NCBI GenBank assembly: GCA_964187785.1
Contig: OZ076411.1
Span: 34,100,001 to 34,164,000 of the forward strand
Origin: Amphiscolops sp. MND2022
Taxonomy: Eukaryota
Direction of reading: 5' to 3'
DNA length: 64,000 nucleotides
Shown here: positions 13,101-26,400 of the stretch, in pieces
Numbering within the stretch: the first letter of the stretch is position 1
Layout of the letters: every line of letters starts with the position of its first letter
Program-made: the position numbers and the translations under genes
Notes under the pieces: generated by a model
What the model saw: only the letters and a program-made list of their open reading frames with translations
The model's database searches: none
What the model was told of the DNA's origin: nothing

Positions 13101-15629
13101 ATAAGAAAGGAAACAAGATTTGAAAGACATGCATTTTCTTCAGTACTATCTCAAATCCAAAACTGTAATGTCTGCAGTGAATGTATGCAAACAAAGTTTT
13201 GGGGGTAGGGTCGTTGTTTTGAATTTTACCAATTCTAACGGATTTAGTAGGGTTGTAGAAATTTCTTGATGCATTTTGGAGTAGTGTGTGTTTCGTTTTC
13301 ATCATTATTGTTTTCCCCATTTTTCTGTTTAAGCAGATTCAACAGCTCTCTCTGGGAATCTGCAAGTAGGCTAATAATTTTAGAAGTTATTTCCTCTTTC
13401 TAAGCAGTTCTTAGGCCCTTTAAAGTGCTATTTTCAACTCTCGTAGACTTGGCGCGAGAAGACCCCGCTATCAAGACGTCCGGTTCTACTAAACCTCCAT
13501 TTTCAACTGAAATCGGGGAAACTATGCACTCACTTACAATTTGTTGCTTTCCTGAAGAACATTTCTTCTCTTTTGACTCCTCGTTGACATCTTCATGAAA
13601 AGACTTTCAAGTTTGTCGGTTTTGAGTTGACTTTGCAGACTTATAGTTTGGACAAAACAAAGTTGAATTTGATACTAGATCACAGAAGAAATTAACGATT
13701 TTAAATATATGAAGATATATATGTATATACCCTCCTAGCATCATCCAATCACAAAAACGTACTTCAATTTTCCTCAAACAACTAGTAATTTCCTGTACTT
13801 TCGTGGTAAAGTGCACTTAGCTTTCAAATTTGGGTCGACATTTTGTCAAAACATAAGCACAAGATCCATATTCCAATTTTAGTTTTCACCCATAATCATA
13901 TATCATTCCGATGACCTTACTATCTCCTCCCGAGCAGGAAGTAGGTTTTACTTCAACCTATCAAACCGGAAATGTTTCCTGGTTTCACTGCTATGGTTCG
14001 CGGAACATTTGACGCGAAGATGACGATAAAGTGAACAACTAAAACCTCATTTGGAAGTTCAACCTGAGAAAACTGTGACTACTTCCCAAAATTGCAATTT
14101 GATCTTATGCTAGGCAAGAAAAGTACTCAAAAAAATGGGGAAGATGTAATTTTTTTTGCTTAATTAACTTTTATTTTCAATTGAGCACGATATTGATAAG
14201 TTTGGCGGACGTCGTGACGACGTAAATTGGCAACAGGGGTTATGACTATGAAACCCAACATCAGATTTATTTATTAACATATCAACGTTAATAAGAACTT
14301 GCAATGAATATTGCACGACATTATTAGATTTGTTTAAAGCGAAGAAAGTAGAAAATTATCAAGTGGTTTATTTTATAAAAGTGTACAAAACGCTGGTATA
14401 TCCATCTTGTACGAAACTGTAAACTGTGACTTTTGCTTATTGAGTTTTGAAATATTTCGCTGGTAACGTTGGTTCGACGTAAGAGTTTTCTTTCCCTCAT
14501 CTCCTGCATGAATCTACGTAATATAGCCGCAAATTAGAGTTTGTATTGTCGTGTATTTCCTTGCGAAAACGACACATCTTTCAAAGTTAATATCGTTCAA
14601 ATGCTTAATTCATAAATTTGTGACGTTGTGCTGACACGTTTTTATGGCTAGCTATGCAAGCTGCATGGTATGACATAATGCTTACGAAAAAATTGGAATG
14701 AAATTCTAGCTAGTTGCTCTAGCCGTGACGTCGTTAGATTGAAGGGGATTAGCTACGCCATGGCGAGGCGGTGACTTCATCAAGGTATTCTCAATACCGT
14801 CTGCGTTGTGCTGACGTCACAGATATAGTAAAATTGGCCAGCGCTGCCGTGATTGTTTACTCTACAACGGTTTCATCAACCTAATTCGCACCAAATGCTC
14901 GTCAAATCTACTAACAAGCTGCCTTTCTCAGAAAAAGGGTAACGCTTTGACAGCTAGTTTGCAATGAAATTTTCATTTCAGATTTGGCAATGATCTTTTG
15001 AAGACGCGTATCGTAATTGAAATTTCGAATGGAGAATGAGCGTATTTCCGACGTGGCTTAAACGTCTTGGCGGAAATACGTAATTTCATTTTGATCTGTT
15101 CATTTTGGTAGACATTTTTCATTTTAGGTTTTCCAGAATTTGGCTAATATTTCCTCGTAGGTTACATTTTTCTACTGGAAAAGTTTAACAATACCATCTC
15201 GTTGACCTCGACATGCACCCGCCGTGGCCTCTCCGTGCGTAAAACTGAATCGTTTACAGTTTCAACCCAGTCTGGAAGCGGGCTGTGACAAAGATTTTGT
15301 TACTAAACAAATCGTATGGTACTCTAGAATGTACAGGTGAACTCAAACTCAGGTCAGGAGACAGTTGAATCGTATTACAAAAACTTCCGACAGTTGTGAA
15401 GTGCTTTTGAAATATTTTGAGAACTATCAAAAAATGGACTACTGTAGAGTGTTTCTTCTGAAATTCATGTCATTTGATGGGCTGTGGCTGAATAAATCCA
15501 AAATTTCAAAACTGAGAGGCTTAAAGCATCAGCTTTAGATGCAGACAATTGCAATTGAATAATAGATTAGGACCACCTGATTGCTCTTCTTTCAAATATA
15601 ATATTCTTTTGTCATTCTATTTACTTTGC

Positions 15630-15820
15630 TGTCGGAACGTGTACAGTTCTTATCTGACGCTGTACTTGGTTTGCTCCCTTCTCCAACATTGGAGATAACT
15701 TCTCGGTTAGAGCCAATACTAGTCCAGTAAGATCGCTAATGTGTTTTTTCATGTCTATAAAGCGTTGATCGATCGATCTTTGTTCTGAAGTGCAATCAGT
15801 ACGGATAAGATTTCCGTTGT
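15630..15820 (-). mobile_element. Partial copy (191 bp) of the large Gypsy LTR, cut by the duplication breakpoint
   Basis: Matches 20894-21084 and 34379-34569, and is preceded by the same TTTGC flank. Confidence 0.85.
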
Positions 15821-15953
15821 TGCTAATCTTAATACACAGGTCAAAACTACGTCAAGTCTGATAGTTGACTCAACAGGCGATGTGCCTGTTTCTAAATAAA
15901 AATGATTTTCCAGAACAACTACTGTAAATCACGAGGAATGTAATGTAGCATCT

Positions 15954-17359
15954 TGTTTGCCTAAGTATTTCAAGAGTTGTTTTGTTAGAATATGTCATGA
16001 AGTTATTTACAACTCACTAGAAATATTCAGTCGCAAAGTTGTGCTTTTCTTTTTTCCAACTAAACCTCGAAGCCAATACAGGAAACACGTTGACATTTCG
16101 TCACAATGATGAACTTCCTCTGATTTTCCAAGTGAGTCTTAAGCGTAGGGCAATTTTCCTTCCCATATGCAATTTGAATGAGTGACGTTAGGTCAACTCT
16201 AATCAAATGAAGGTGCAAGTGTAGTTGCAATCGATGAAAGTTTTCTGCTGAAGTACTGCGTAATATCTGGTGTGAATTATGAATTACCAAACATTTACGA
16301 TGAATGTGCTTGTTAAGAAAGCAAAATGTTGTTTATCTTCGATGTATCTAAATAAGCTGTGTTTTCCGGTCGTGAGACTTTCGTTGCGTTTCGTTTCAGT
16401 GCATTTTTAGTTGAAAGAGTGATATGTTGTGTTGTAACAAGTACCTAATAGTGTTGCAACATTAAATGTATTTGTGATGATCGGAATATGTCAATGTTCA
16501 GAAGGTGATCTTCTAGCATTATTTGTTTTCCCTTAGCACTTACTTATTTCCTTTTGGACATTTTTTCCTTCCGATTTAGTTGCGTCGCCAATTATGCTTG
16601 CCATTCGTATGTTCCAATTTTCGTTTTTTTCATTTTTGGAATTGAATAATTGTTCACGCCCAGCGTGCTTTCATCGTTCAAAACTCAACTCGACGTTACT
16701 TTTGATGCCATTTTGAGATGAATGAAAAAAACCTCAACAACCGTTACGCATGATTGGCGCAACTAGGAAATTTGATACCTGAATTTTAGACGCTGTTCTG
16801 CAAGGATATGAATCAACAGGACTTTTGGATGAACAAACTTGATTTTGGTTATACCTAGTAATTTTTAGGGGAATAACAAGTGATAGTAGAATGATATAAA
16901 TGCGTTGGATTTGTAACATGAAATCGGTTATTCGAGAGTGATCGCTGTTTACTCTGTTGTTAAAACGACTTCCTTCGGGAATCCAATTTCTTACAAACTC
17001 CTTGTTTCAAGTGAATTTGACGACTAGAAGTCAGAAAAAGGAAAACTGTGGATGAACTAGTCACTGGTGAGTTCGAGGCATCAGGAGCCGAAAATAACTC
17101 TGTTGCGAACCTAGTAGCTAGTCGAAGTGAAACTCTAAAACGTCAACTTGGGATTCTTGACGAGATCAATACGTCACATAGAATCTGATCTCACTAAAAC
17201 ATTAGCAGAAACTCAGAAAAAAACGCTAATACTAATAGCTTCAACTGTAAAGAAAACTTCGGATCCTCAAAGCTTCTGAAACAAGAAACACTTTTATCAC
17301 ACCAACATCTACCCAATAAGAACTAAAATGACTACTAAAAATAATCAAAACAGTCAACA
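15954..17359 (+). mobile_element. Duplicate of the solo LTR (1406 bp) with CATCT TSD
   Basis: TGTT...AACA termini. CATCT at 15949-15953 and 17360-17364. Confidence 0.85.
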
Positions 17360-20300
17360 CATCTAATCTCATCTACCGCTAGTAAATCTACTTTGTCGAT
17401 GGAATTTGTATTCGATTTCATTCAAAGATCTACTTCCGTAAGCTATCGCGTGGTGGCTTCCTGCCACAATGTTATACATAGTCCGGTAGTGCTAGCATCT
17501 GCTGTTCCTATGTTGTCCTTTCCCTTCCCATCGTGTGCTGGATATGGTCCTTCGGTTAACATTGGTTTTTTTTTCCGGAAATCTTTCTGTTGTCTTTCCC
17601 AACAAGTCTGCATGATGGGTTCCCTGTCATTCTGTTTTTCGATCTTGTCCCGATTTTTAAATTTTTTCGAAGTAGTTCTTCTTTTAGAGTATCTCTTTTC
17701 TGTTGAAATGGAATAGTCCGGTTTTCTTTCCATTTTTTGTCGTAGGTAATTTGTTCATCAGTTCAATTGTTTTTTAAATTTCTACTTTTTCCATCGTATG
17801 GTCCCGGAATTTCTTGTCGGTCATTGCGGTCAAGTATTTAGACTTTAATTGTTCTCCAACCGAAAACGTACTGAAACTGCACTCTCTCGATTTCAGTCAG
17901 TCGTCTCTGAAAATTTTTGGGTGTTTCATCTACAGTTTGTTTTGCCCAAAACAACACATAATTGTATGTGTTGCTATTGAGAGGATAGTATTCGGCGGAA
18001 AACCGGAACAATTTGTTTATTTTTCTACTGTGCGGTTCTGTTTTGTATCCGGATCGGGTTATCTTGTAACGTGCTTGGGTCCCACCCTCCAATTGTAATT
18101 GTAATTTTCATAAATAAACTGTTTTTTGCACATCCATCCAGATTCTGCGATGTCTTATACTTTTAATGACCGTGCGCTATCTACTCTATGTTTTCGCTTC
18201 GTTAATTGCCAAAATCTCTCCAGCCACTGTCTTGGTTTGAATAACGGATTTCCCTCCGGTGCCTTTGCTTCTAGATTCAGTAAGGTGTTTTTCTCAGCCG
18301 TCAAAAGTTCGACTCAAAAAACTTGTTTTAAAACTTGGTGGACTGCGCCTTGTTGGATTCTTTGGCTATACTAATAAGAAAGGAAACAAGATTTGAAAGA
18401 CATGCATTTTCTTCAGTACTATCTCAAATCCAAAACTGTAATGTCTGCAGTGAATGTATGCAAACAAAGTTTTGAGGGTAGGGTCGTTGTTTTGAATTTT
18501 ACCAATTCTAAAGGATTTAGTAGGGTTGTAGAAATTTCTTGATGCATTTTGGAGTAGTGTGTGTTTCGTTTTCATCATTATTGTTTTCCCCATTTTTCTG
18601 TTTAAGCAGATTAAACAGCTCTCTCTGGGAATCTGCAAGTAGGCTAATAATCTTAGAAGTTATTTCCTCTTTCTAAGCAGTTCTTAGGCCCTTTAAAGTG
18701 CTATTTTCAACTCTCGGAGACTTGGCGCGAGAAGACCCCGCTATCATGACGTCCGGTTCTACTAAACCTCCATTTTCAACTGAAATCGGGGAAACTATGC
18801 ACTCACCTACAATTTGTTGCTTTCCTGAAGAACATTTCTTCTCTTTTGACTCTTCGTTGACATCTTCATGAAATGGTATTCAAGTTTGTCGGTTTTGAAT
18901 TGACTTTGCAGACTTATAGTTTGGACAAAACAAAGTTGAATTTGATACTAGATCACAGAAGAAATTAACGATTTTAATTAATTGAAGATAAATATGTATA
19001 TACCCTCCTAGCATCATCCAATCACAATAGCGTACTTCAATTTTCCTCAAACAACTAGTAATTTCCTGTACTTTTGTGGTAAAGTGCACTTAGCTTTCAA
19101 ATTTGGGTCGACATTTTGTCAAAACATAAGCACAAGATCCATATTCCAATTTTAGTTTTCACCCATAATCATATATCATTCCGATGACCTTTTTATCTCC
19201 TCCCGAGCAGGAAGTAGGTTTTACTTCAACCTATCAAACCGGAAATGTTTCCTGGTTTCACTGCTATGGTTCGCGGGAAGTTTGACGCGGAGATGACGAT
19301 AAAGTGAACTACTAAAACCTCATTTAGAAGTTCAACCTGAGAAAATTGTGACTACTTCCCAAAATTGCAATTTGATCTTATGCTAGGCAAGAAAAGTACT
19401 CAAAAAATGGGGAAGATGTAGTTTTTTTGCCTAACTAACTTTTATTTTCAATTGAGCACGATATTGATAAGTTTGGCGGACGTCGTGACGACGTAAATTG
19501 GCAACAGGGGCTATGACTATGAAACACAACATCAGATTTATTTATTAACATATCAACGTTAAAAAGAACTTGCAATGAATATTGCACGACATTATTAGAT
19601 TTGTTTAAAGCGAAGAAAGTAGAAAATTATCAAGTGTTTATTTTATAAAAGTGTACAAAACGCTGGTATATCCATCTTGTACGAAACTGTAAACTGTGAC
19701 TTTTGCTTATTGAGTTTTGAAATATTTCGCTGGTAACGTTGGTTCGACGTAAGAGTGTTCTTTCCCTCATCTCCTGCATGAATCTACGTAATATAGCCGC
19801 AAATTAGAGTTTGTATTGTCGTGTATTTCCTTGCGAAAACGACACATCTTTCAAAGTTAATATCGTTCAAATGCTTGATTCATAAATTTGTGACGTTGTG
19901 CTGACACGTTTTTATGGCTAGTTAAGCAAGCTGCATGGTATGACATAATGCTTACGAAAAAATTGGAATGAAATTCTAGCTAGTTGCTCTAGCCGTGACG
20001 TCGTTAGATTGAAGGGGATTAGCTACGCCATGGCGAGGCGGTGACATCATCAAGGTATTCTCAATACCGTCTGCGTTGTGCTGACGTCACAGATATAGTA
20101 AAACTGGCCAGCGCTGCCGTGATTGTTTACTCAACAACAGTTTCATCAACCTAATTCGCACTAATTGCTCGTCAAATCTACTAACAAGCTGCCTTTCTCA
20201 GAAAAAGGGTAACGCTTTGACCGCTAGTTTGCAATGAAATTTCAGATTTGGAAATGATCTTTTGAAGAGGCGTATCGTAATTGAATTTTCGAAAGGAGAA

Positions 20301-20893
20301 TGAGCGTATTTCCGACGTGACTTAAACGTCTTGGCGGAAATACGTAATTTCATTTTGATCTGTTCATTTTGGTAGACATTTTTCATTTTAGGTTTTCCAG
20401 AATTTGGCTAATATTTCCTCGTAGGTTACATTTTTCTACTGGAAAAGTTTAACAATACCATCTCGTTGACCTCGACATGCACCCGCCGTGGCCTCTCCGT
20501 GCGTAAAACTGAATCGTTTACAGTTTCAACCCAGTCTGGAAGCGGGCTGTGACAAAGATTTTGTTACTAAACAAATCGTATGGTACTCTAGAATGTACAG
20601 GTGAACTCAAACTCAGGTCAGGAGACAGTTGAATCGTATTACAAAAACTTCCGACAGTTGTGAAGTGCTTTTGAAATATTTTGAGAACTATCAAGAAATG
20701 GACTACTGTAGAGTGTTTCTTCTGAAATTCATGTCATTTGATGGGCTGTGGCTGAATAAATCCAAAATTTCAAAACTGAGAGGCTTAAAGCATCGGCTTT
20801 AGGTGCAGACAATTGCAATTGAATAATACATTAGGACCACCTGATTGCTCTTCTTTCAGTTATAATATTCTTTTGTCATTCTATTTACTTTGC

Positions 20894-21995
20894 TGTCGGA
20901 ACGTGTACAGTTCTTATCTGACGCTGTACTTGGTTTGCTCCCTTCTCCAAAACTGGAGATAACTTCTCAGTTAGAGCCAATACTAGTCCAGTAAGATCGC
21001 TAATGTGTTTATTCATGTCTATAAAGCGTTGATCGATCGATCTTTGTTCTGAAATGCAATCAGTACGGATCAGATTTCCCTTGTCTAACTCATCAATTTG
21101 GTCTCTGGAAAGGACCTCAGGGACACTATATTCACTTTCGGTATCACTATTTCCATCATGCCTATCCATTCCTCTCATGAATACTGGAATAGAACTTTCT
21201 GTTCGGGAACGCGCGTTGACCATTGTGAAAAATAATTGGAGTTTTAAGATTTTATTGTTTCGATGGAGGTTAGTTTAAATAGCTAAATGAGTGAAATTCG
21301 CTCGTATATTTCAAGTATGTAGGTGGTAACCAATCGTCAAGGTACAAACGATTCTACTGGTAGCACCTATTTGCTTCGTGTTAATTTTGCGACGTTGGTC
21401 ACGTGACCACATCAACCAATCATATTGTGGTATTCATTCATACCTTGGTAGGTGATTGCGCAATTTGCGTCTAAACTTGTTATAGCACAAGAATGGTGTG
21501 CAATTGTGTTACTATGGCTACATGACTCACTAATTGGTACACTTGGTAAGATGATGATGGTAGTATGGGCTCATCATAGCACGGTAATAATAATACGTTC
21601 ACTATATACATATATGTAGTAATGCACTGTAATGTTAATGACGTTGCGCATATAGCTCGTTGGTTGGGTGATGGTACTGATTGTACTTGTGAGCACCAAA
21701 TGAATGAAGTAAAAACTAATGATGATACATTAACTACGTCATCGGCTAAATGTTACGAGATTGATTTTAATGAGCATATGTAAAAAGGGTTGGTTATCGT
21801 TAATAAATAGTTGGAACTGTTCGGGATTAAATATAGTAGATGCATGTAAGAAGTTTGAGTTTTGTTTGCTTGATGTAGTTTTCTCGACTACGTTCCCTTC
21901 TTTCAGTTTCCAATCATGTTTTCGTCTAATACCATCTTCCTTCTAGATGTCGTGTGGTTAATTTCATTCAATATACTCATGCATCAGGCATGACA
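20894..21995 (-). repeat. 3' LTR (1102 bp) of the large Gypsy
   Basis: TG...CA termini. High similarity to 34379-35477. Contains the ORF MVNARSRTESSIP (21223 to 20885). Confidence 0.88.
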
Positions 21996-22012
21996 CTCCG
22001 GGTCCTTTTTTG
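21996..22012 (-). promoter_or_regulatory. Polypurine-tract-like site upstream of the 3' LTR
   Basis: The minus strand reads ...CAAAAAAGGACCCGGAG|TGTCATG directly against the LTR start. Confidence 0.55.
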
Positions 22013-23417
22013 AAAGAGAACATGTGGCGGGGGTGGTGTGTAGTTGCTGCTAATTGTGAGATAGGCTGGATTCTGTCTTTCAATTAGCGAAGTTGAACTC
22101 GTCTTTGGTCGTTCGTTGGAAGTAGCAGTGACGTTGTTATAGCAACCACATTAGCGGTGGCGAGTTGACTTCATGGTTGAAAGTAGTCGAATTGTTTGGT
22201 ACTTTAGCTAGGTTATGGCTGGTGAGAGGGAGAAAATGTTAGTCGCGCGTTGAATATTCCACTTCGGTAAGGAGTAAATATAGAGTCGATGTGGCGACTA
22301 TAGCCACGTCATCCAGTCGTGCGCGTTGTTTGCAGGAAGAGAGTGAGAGTAAGAATGAATTGGCCGGAAATTAATCTAACGTGGCAGCGTGATATAATTA
22401 CTCTGTTTATTCGGTAACTGTTCGGAAGTAAAATGCAGTGGAATATCGTGCGCTTTGTCATTACGATACACATCCCGGTACGAACTAGCAGAATCCTGCT
22501 AGTTCGATTTTTGTCCAATCAGAGAGCGAATACTTTCGTGGTGTAAGAAATGAATATAACATGGTGGAAGTTAGTCAAAACTTTGACTAACTTCCACTTA
22601 TTGCAAGTATAGCGATCTGCAATTTGCAAAAAGTGGAAGTTAGTCAAAGTTTTGACCGAATTACGAAAAAGTATTTTTGGACTAACTTCCACTTTTCACT
22701 AACTACGTGCTTTGACTAGTTTACACTATTTTCCATTACGCGCGTTGACACAGCTACACCGTTGAAGCATAGACCGTCTTGACTAACTTACGCTGAATGA
22801 TCATTTTACAGATTACACAGATTAGGCTGCGTGACTGAAATCCAATTTACCGCTACGTGTATCGTAATGGTAAACAAATCTTCGTCGATGCCAAATACAA
22901 TTCTGATATAGGTAGTGAAGTGATTACATTATTTGTCGTTTGCAGAAAGAGGCAGCCGATGTAGGTGTTGCGATAAACTGGATGGAGGTACAAATTAATA
23001 ATAAATCCGTTGTTTTTCTTTTGCGTAATAAAACTGGAGATATACCTTTTGTCCTTGTGGTGATTTGGGGTAAGTTGGAAAAATTTTAGCTCTGGTATTT
23101 CAGTTCCGTTTCTCTTTTTAATTTGTTTTGTTTTTTATAATATCAATGTACGGTTAGGTAGTGACGATCGTAAAGTTTCGAATCTACAAATTCTTTGACA
23201 GGAAAAATTTTTTGTTGAAGTATAATTTCCAGTTGTGGTTGGCCACACTCTTTGAGAATTTTTGAAGTCTTCTGTATGAGGTAATGTGGTTGATCAAGTC
23301 ACATCATACTCGGATGAAGATGCTGAAATCTGGTAGATCGCAATTCACTCCATTTGCCGTAGATTGAAAGTTATTGTGCTAGCGATTGTAGTTTTTGTTA
23401 TCGTCTGAATATTATCG

Positions 23418-26400
23418 ATGGAGCCATCGGATGAAGAAATTGCCTCACTTGATCAAGCAGCAGAAAGTGTTTTGTCGGAGTTGTCTAGTTTGAGCCATTC
23501 TTCTGGTGGAGATGATTTGGCGGCAGGAGCTGAGGACGTTCTTGCGGAAGGCGCTGTCTCAGTGTGTTGCCAGTTCGCTGAACGCCTGAATGCCACCAAC
23601 GTTGATTCTGCGGTGACTCTATTGGAGATAGCTTTATCCACCGAATTTCGTAAATGGTTTTCATTATATTTTTTGTAGTTGTTGTTTTCTACCTTCGCGA
23701 GAAGGTTTGGGTAACACTTCAAGGCAATTTGTCTACAATGGGATGACGATAAGGGGTAGGGCACATACCGTCTCTTTGTTTCGTAAGCACTTCCCGGGAT
23801 CAATTGCCTCGGTTTGAAGGTTAGGGTCGTTTAATTCGTATGAAATCGTTGTTCATGTCTACATTGATATGTTCTAGAGGAACTGAGTCTGGTGGAAATT
23901 GTAAGGGTACTGCGCGGGATGCTGCGGTCTGGTGATCCGTCGCCGGGCACATCTGGTGCTGTTGCAGTGGAGCCCAGACTGGAAAGTGATCGTCCAACTT
24001 CAACTAGTAACTACCGTGATAACGTAATAGTGGATTGTATTTTAACTCAGTTTGTCATTGGTCATCGGGTTGGGGGGTTAGGGGTCCCTTGTAGATTGTA
24101 GTAACGTGGTTGGGTAGCCTCATCCAAATCGTTAATGATGTGTGAGGTCGCTGTTTAGGTGTCCCTTCCCGTGATTCTATGTGCATGGAGCCTTTGCTCG
24201 CTTCGATCAATGAGTTTGAAAAGAAGGTGTCGCATGTTGTAAAGTGACTGTAGAATCGTCTCTGGGACAACTGGGCACTGTAGGTGCTATGGCAATTGAA
24301 GACTTCGTGGACCGGCTGAAGAGTATCGTGGGCAATGTAGTCAATGTGGAGAAGGTAACTGGTTCGTCAGCCGTTGGTGGTACTGGTATTGTTCAGACTC
24401 CAGTAGTGGCACCGCCTACTAATTCGGTTACTGTCTGTGAGGGTGGGTCAGATGCCAGTTCCGCTATGCCCTCAGTTTTTGGAGACGCCCGTTCCGTAAT
24501 GACATCTGGTCTGCCTGAGACTACTGCTGCGAAACCTGGTAAGAATCTCATAAGATCATATGACGGGTTTTAGTAATACGGGTTATAACACTAGTTTTTT
24601 TAACAGTTTCTTTGTACCGAAGTTCTCTTCAGCAGCAGAGGTCTAGGAAGTCTTGATTTTGTTTCAGCTCGGGCCCGGAAAATCAAGACGCTAAGACCGT
24701 CATACTTTGTGTCCGGTGTCGTTGGAACCTTCGTGGGCTTCCCGAGGCGGAAGCGTGTCGTTGATGGGTATGCTCGTTGTCTGCTATGCAGGGCAGACCT
24801 TAGTATCGCAGGTCGCGGTTTGTCCTCGCTGTGGGACCATTGAAAGGGAGTCGAGCATACTAGACTCGAACAGAAATACCGCATCATGACGCAAAGACTA
24901 CTGTTAGACAAAAGTTGCCGNNNNNNNNNNNNNNNNNNNNNNNNNNNNNNNNNNNNNNNNNNNNNNNNNNNNNNNNNNNNNNNNNNNNNNNNNNNNNNNN
25001 NNNNNNNNNNNNNNNNNNNNNNNNNNNNNNNNNNNNNNNNNNNNNNNNNNNNNNNNNNNNNNNNNNNNNNNNNNNNNNNNNNNNNNNNNNNNNNNNNNNN
25101 NNNNNNNNNNNNNNNNNNNNAAGGAGACGTATTGGTTGGAAAGGCAGTTGCTGCTTCCCTTGCATCGGACACCCCATTAGTTGTTGGGATGGTTACTGCC
25201 AGAACTGTATTTGATGAGATTCGACGTCAGTTTCTAGTTGAATTCAGTGGCCTGGATCCCTTAAGTTTTCGGGTGCGGTTGATGCCGTCAGTACGAGAGC
25301 GTTTCTTGGACCGTATGCCGAACTTGCGTCAGGTGAGTAAAAGAAATTTCTGTACCTTCATTTTTTTGTTTTTGGACGTGAGATTTGAGAAGAGGTTGGT
25401 TCGAGAGACTAGGGGGTTTTATAATACATGTTGTTTTTTCAATGTAAGTGTAGACCAAGACGTGGTGAGTCTAAGATCGTTATTGTAGTCGTGCTAGTAA
25501 ATAGCGTGTGTGTGTTTGTTTTCTAGTATATACGATCTGGTGGAGACGACATTTTCCAGTTAGCGAAAGTGTGTGGTGAGGTGGTCGAGCAGTGGAACGA
25601 ACTAGCGCTACCTTTTGGGAACACGCGGCCTGCCGTAACTTCAGAACTGATAGTGGTGATGCCTCTTGAGAAACAGGTGTTCGAGGATGCTTTGGTTCGG
25701 CCTCGATTTGCGATCCTCCGACTAGTTTTGGACCTAAGTGAGTAGCCTGTCGTTGTGTTTTGCCAACAGGGGGGTTAGTGATGTGATGTTATTAGCATCC
25801 TGTACTTGCAATGGTTTTTTCAGGATTCCTCGCGAGTGTAGCTTGTTTCTTGAAGTTTTAATATGTTGTTTTAGTGGTGAAGTACTGTAGGCAATTATGT
25901 GGGCAACGACGTGATCGAAGGCTGGTTATAGAGCGTGAGCTACCACAGATCATCCGCGGGTTAATGGAGTTTGTGTACCCAGCAGCAAGGATTCCAGCTG
26001 AGTACGAAGTCACAGCTTTATTGAAACCATTCGAATGCGAGTGTGCTAATGTCGACATCAATTTATATCGCTTGCACTTTGGACAGGTCTTTCGCTTCGA
26101 TATTAGCTCACAGTTACCATTCTTGTACAAATCCGTCCAGAAGTTGCTGGTTGCGTTGTGTAGAGGATTGACTACAATATGGCAACGTGTGTGGCCGAAT
26201 TACTTAAGCTTGACGCCGTTCGATCCTACTCTTATCCACAGCGGATCAGATGATCGTCGTGTCGATGCGTTAGTGGAGACGTGTGCCGTATTGACGAGTC
26301 ATGGATTGCTGGACATAGGAAGTGGCGGTACAGTACAACAACAAAACCATGACGTCACGCAGTATTTCAAGAGGAAGTGGATAGCACTGCAAGATGATGT

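Larger units (their letters stand above)
10546..21084. repeat. Head-to-tail tandem duplication: copy 1 10546-15820, copy 2 15821-21084
   Basis: ORF pairs recur at offsets of 5273-5275 (e.g. 10785/16060, 11460/16734, 13093/18366) and the sequences are near-identical. The junction CCGTTGT|TGCTAATC joins LTR sequence to the start of the unit. Confidence 0.92.

Noticed and set aside
13300-15500. Short ORFs and CpG-rich patches in the duplicated unit
   Set aside because: No motifs, termini or TSDs could be established.
24668-24890. CVRCRWNLRGLP...CPRCG zinc-ribbon-like motif
   Set aside because: The two halves are in different frames and separated by a stop. The third frame gives a better Cys2His2 motif and continues into the next ORF.
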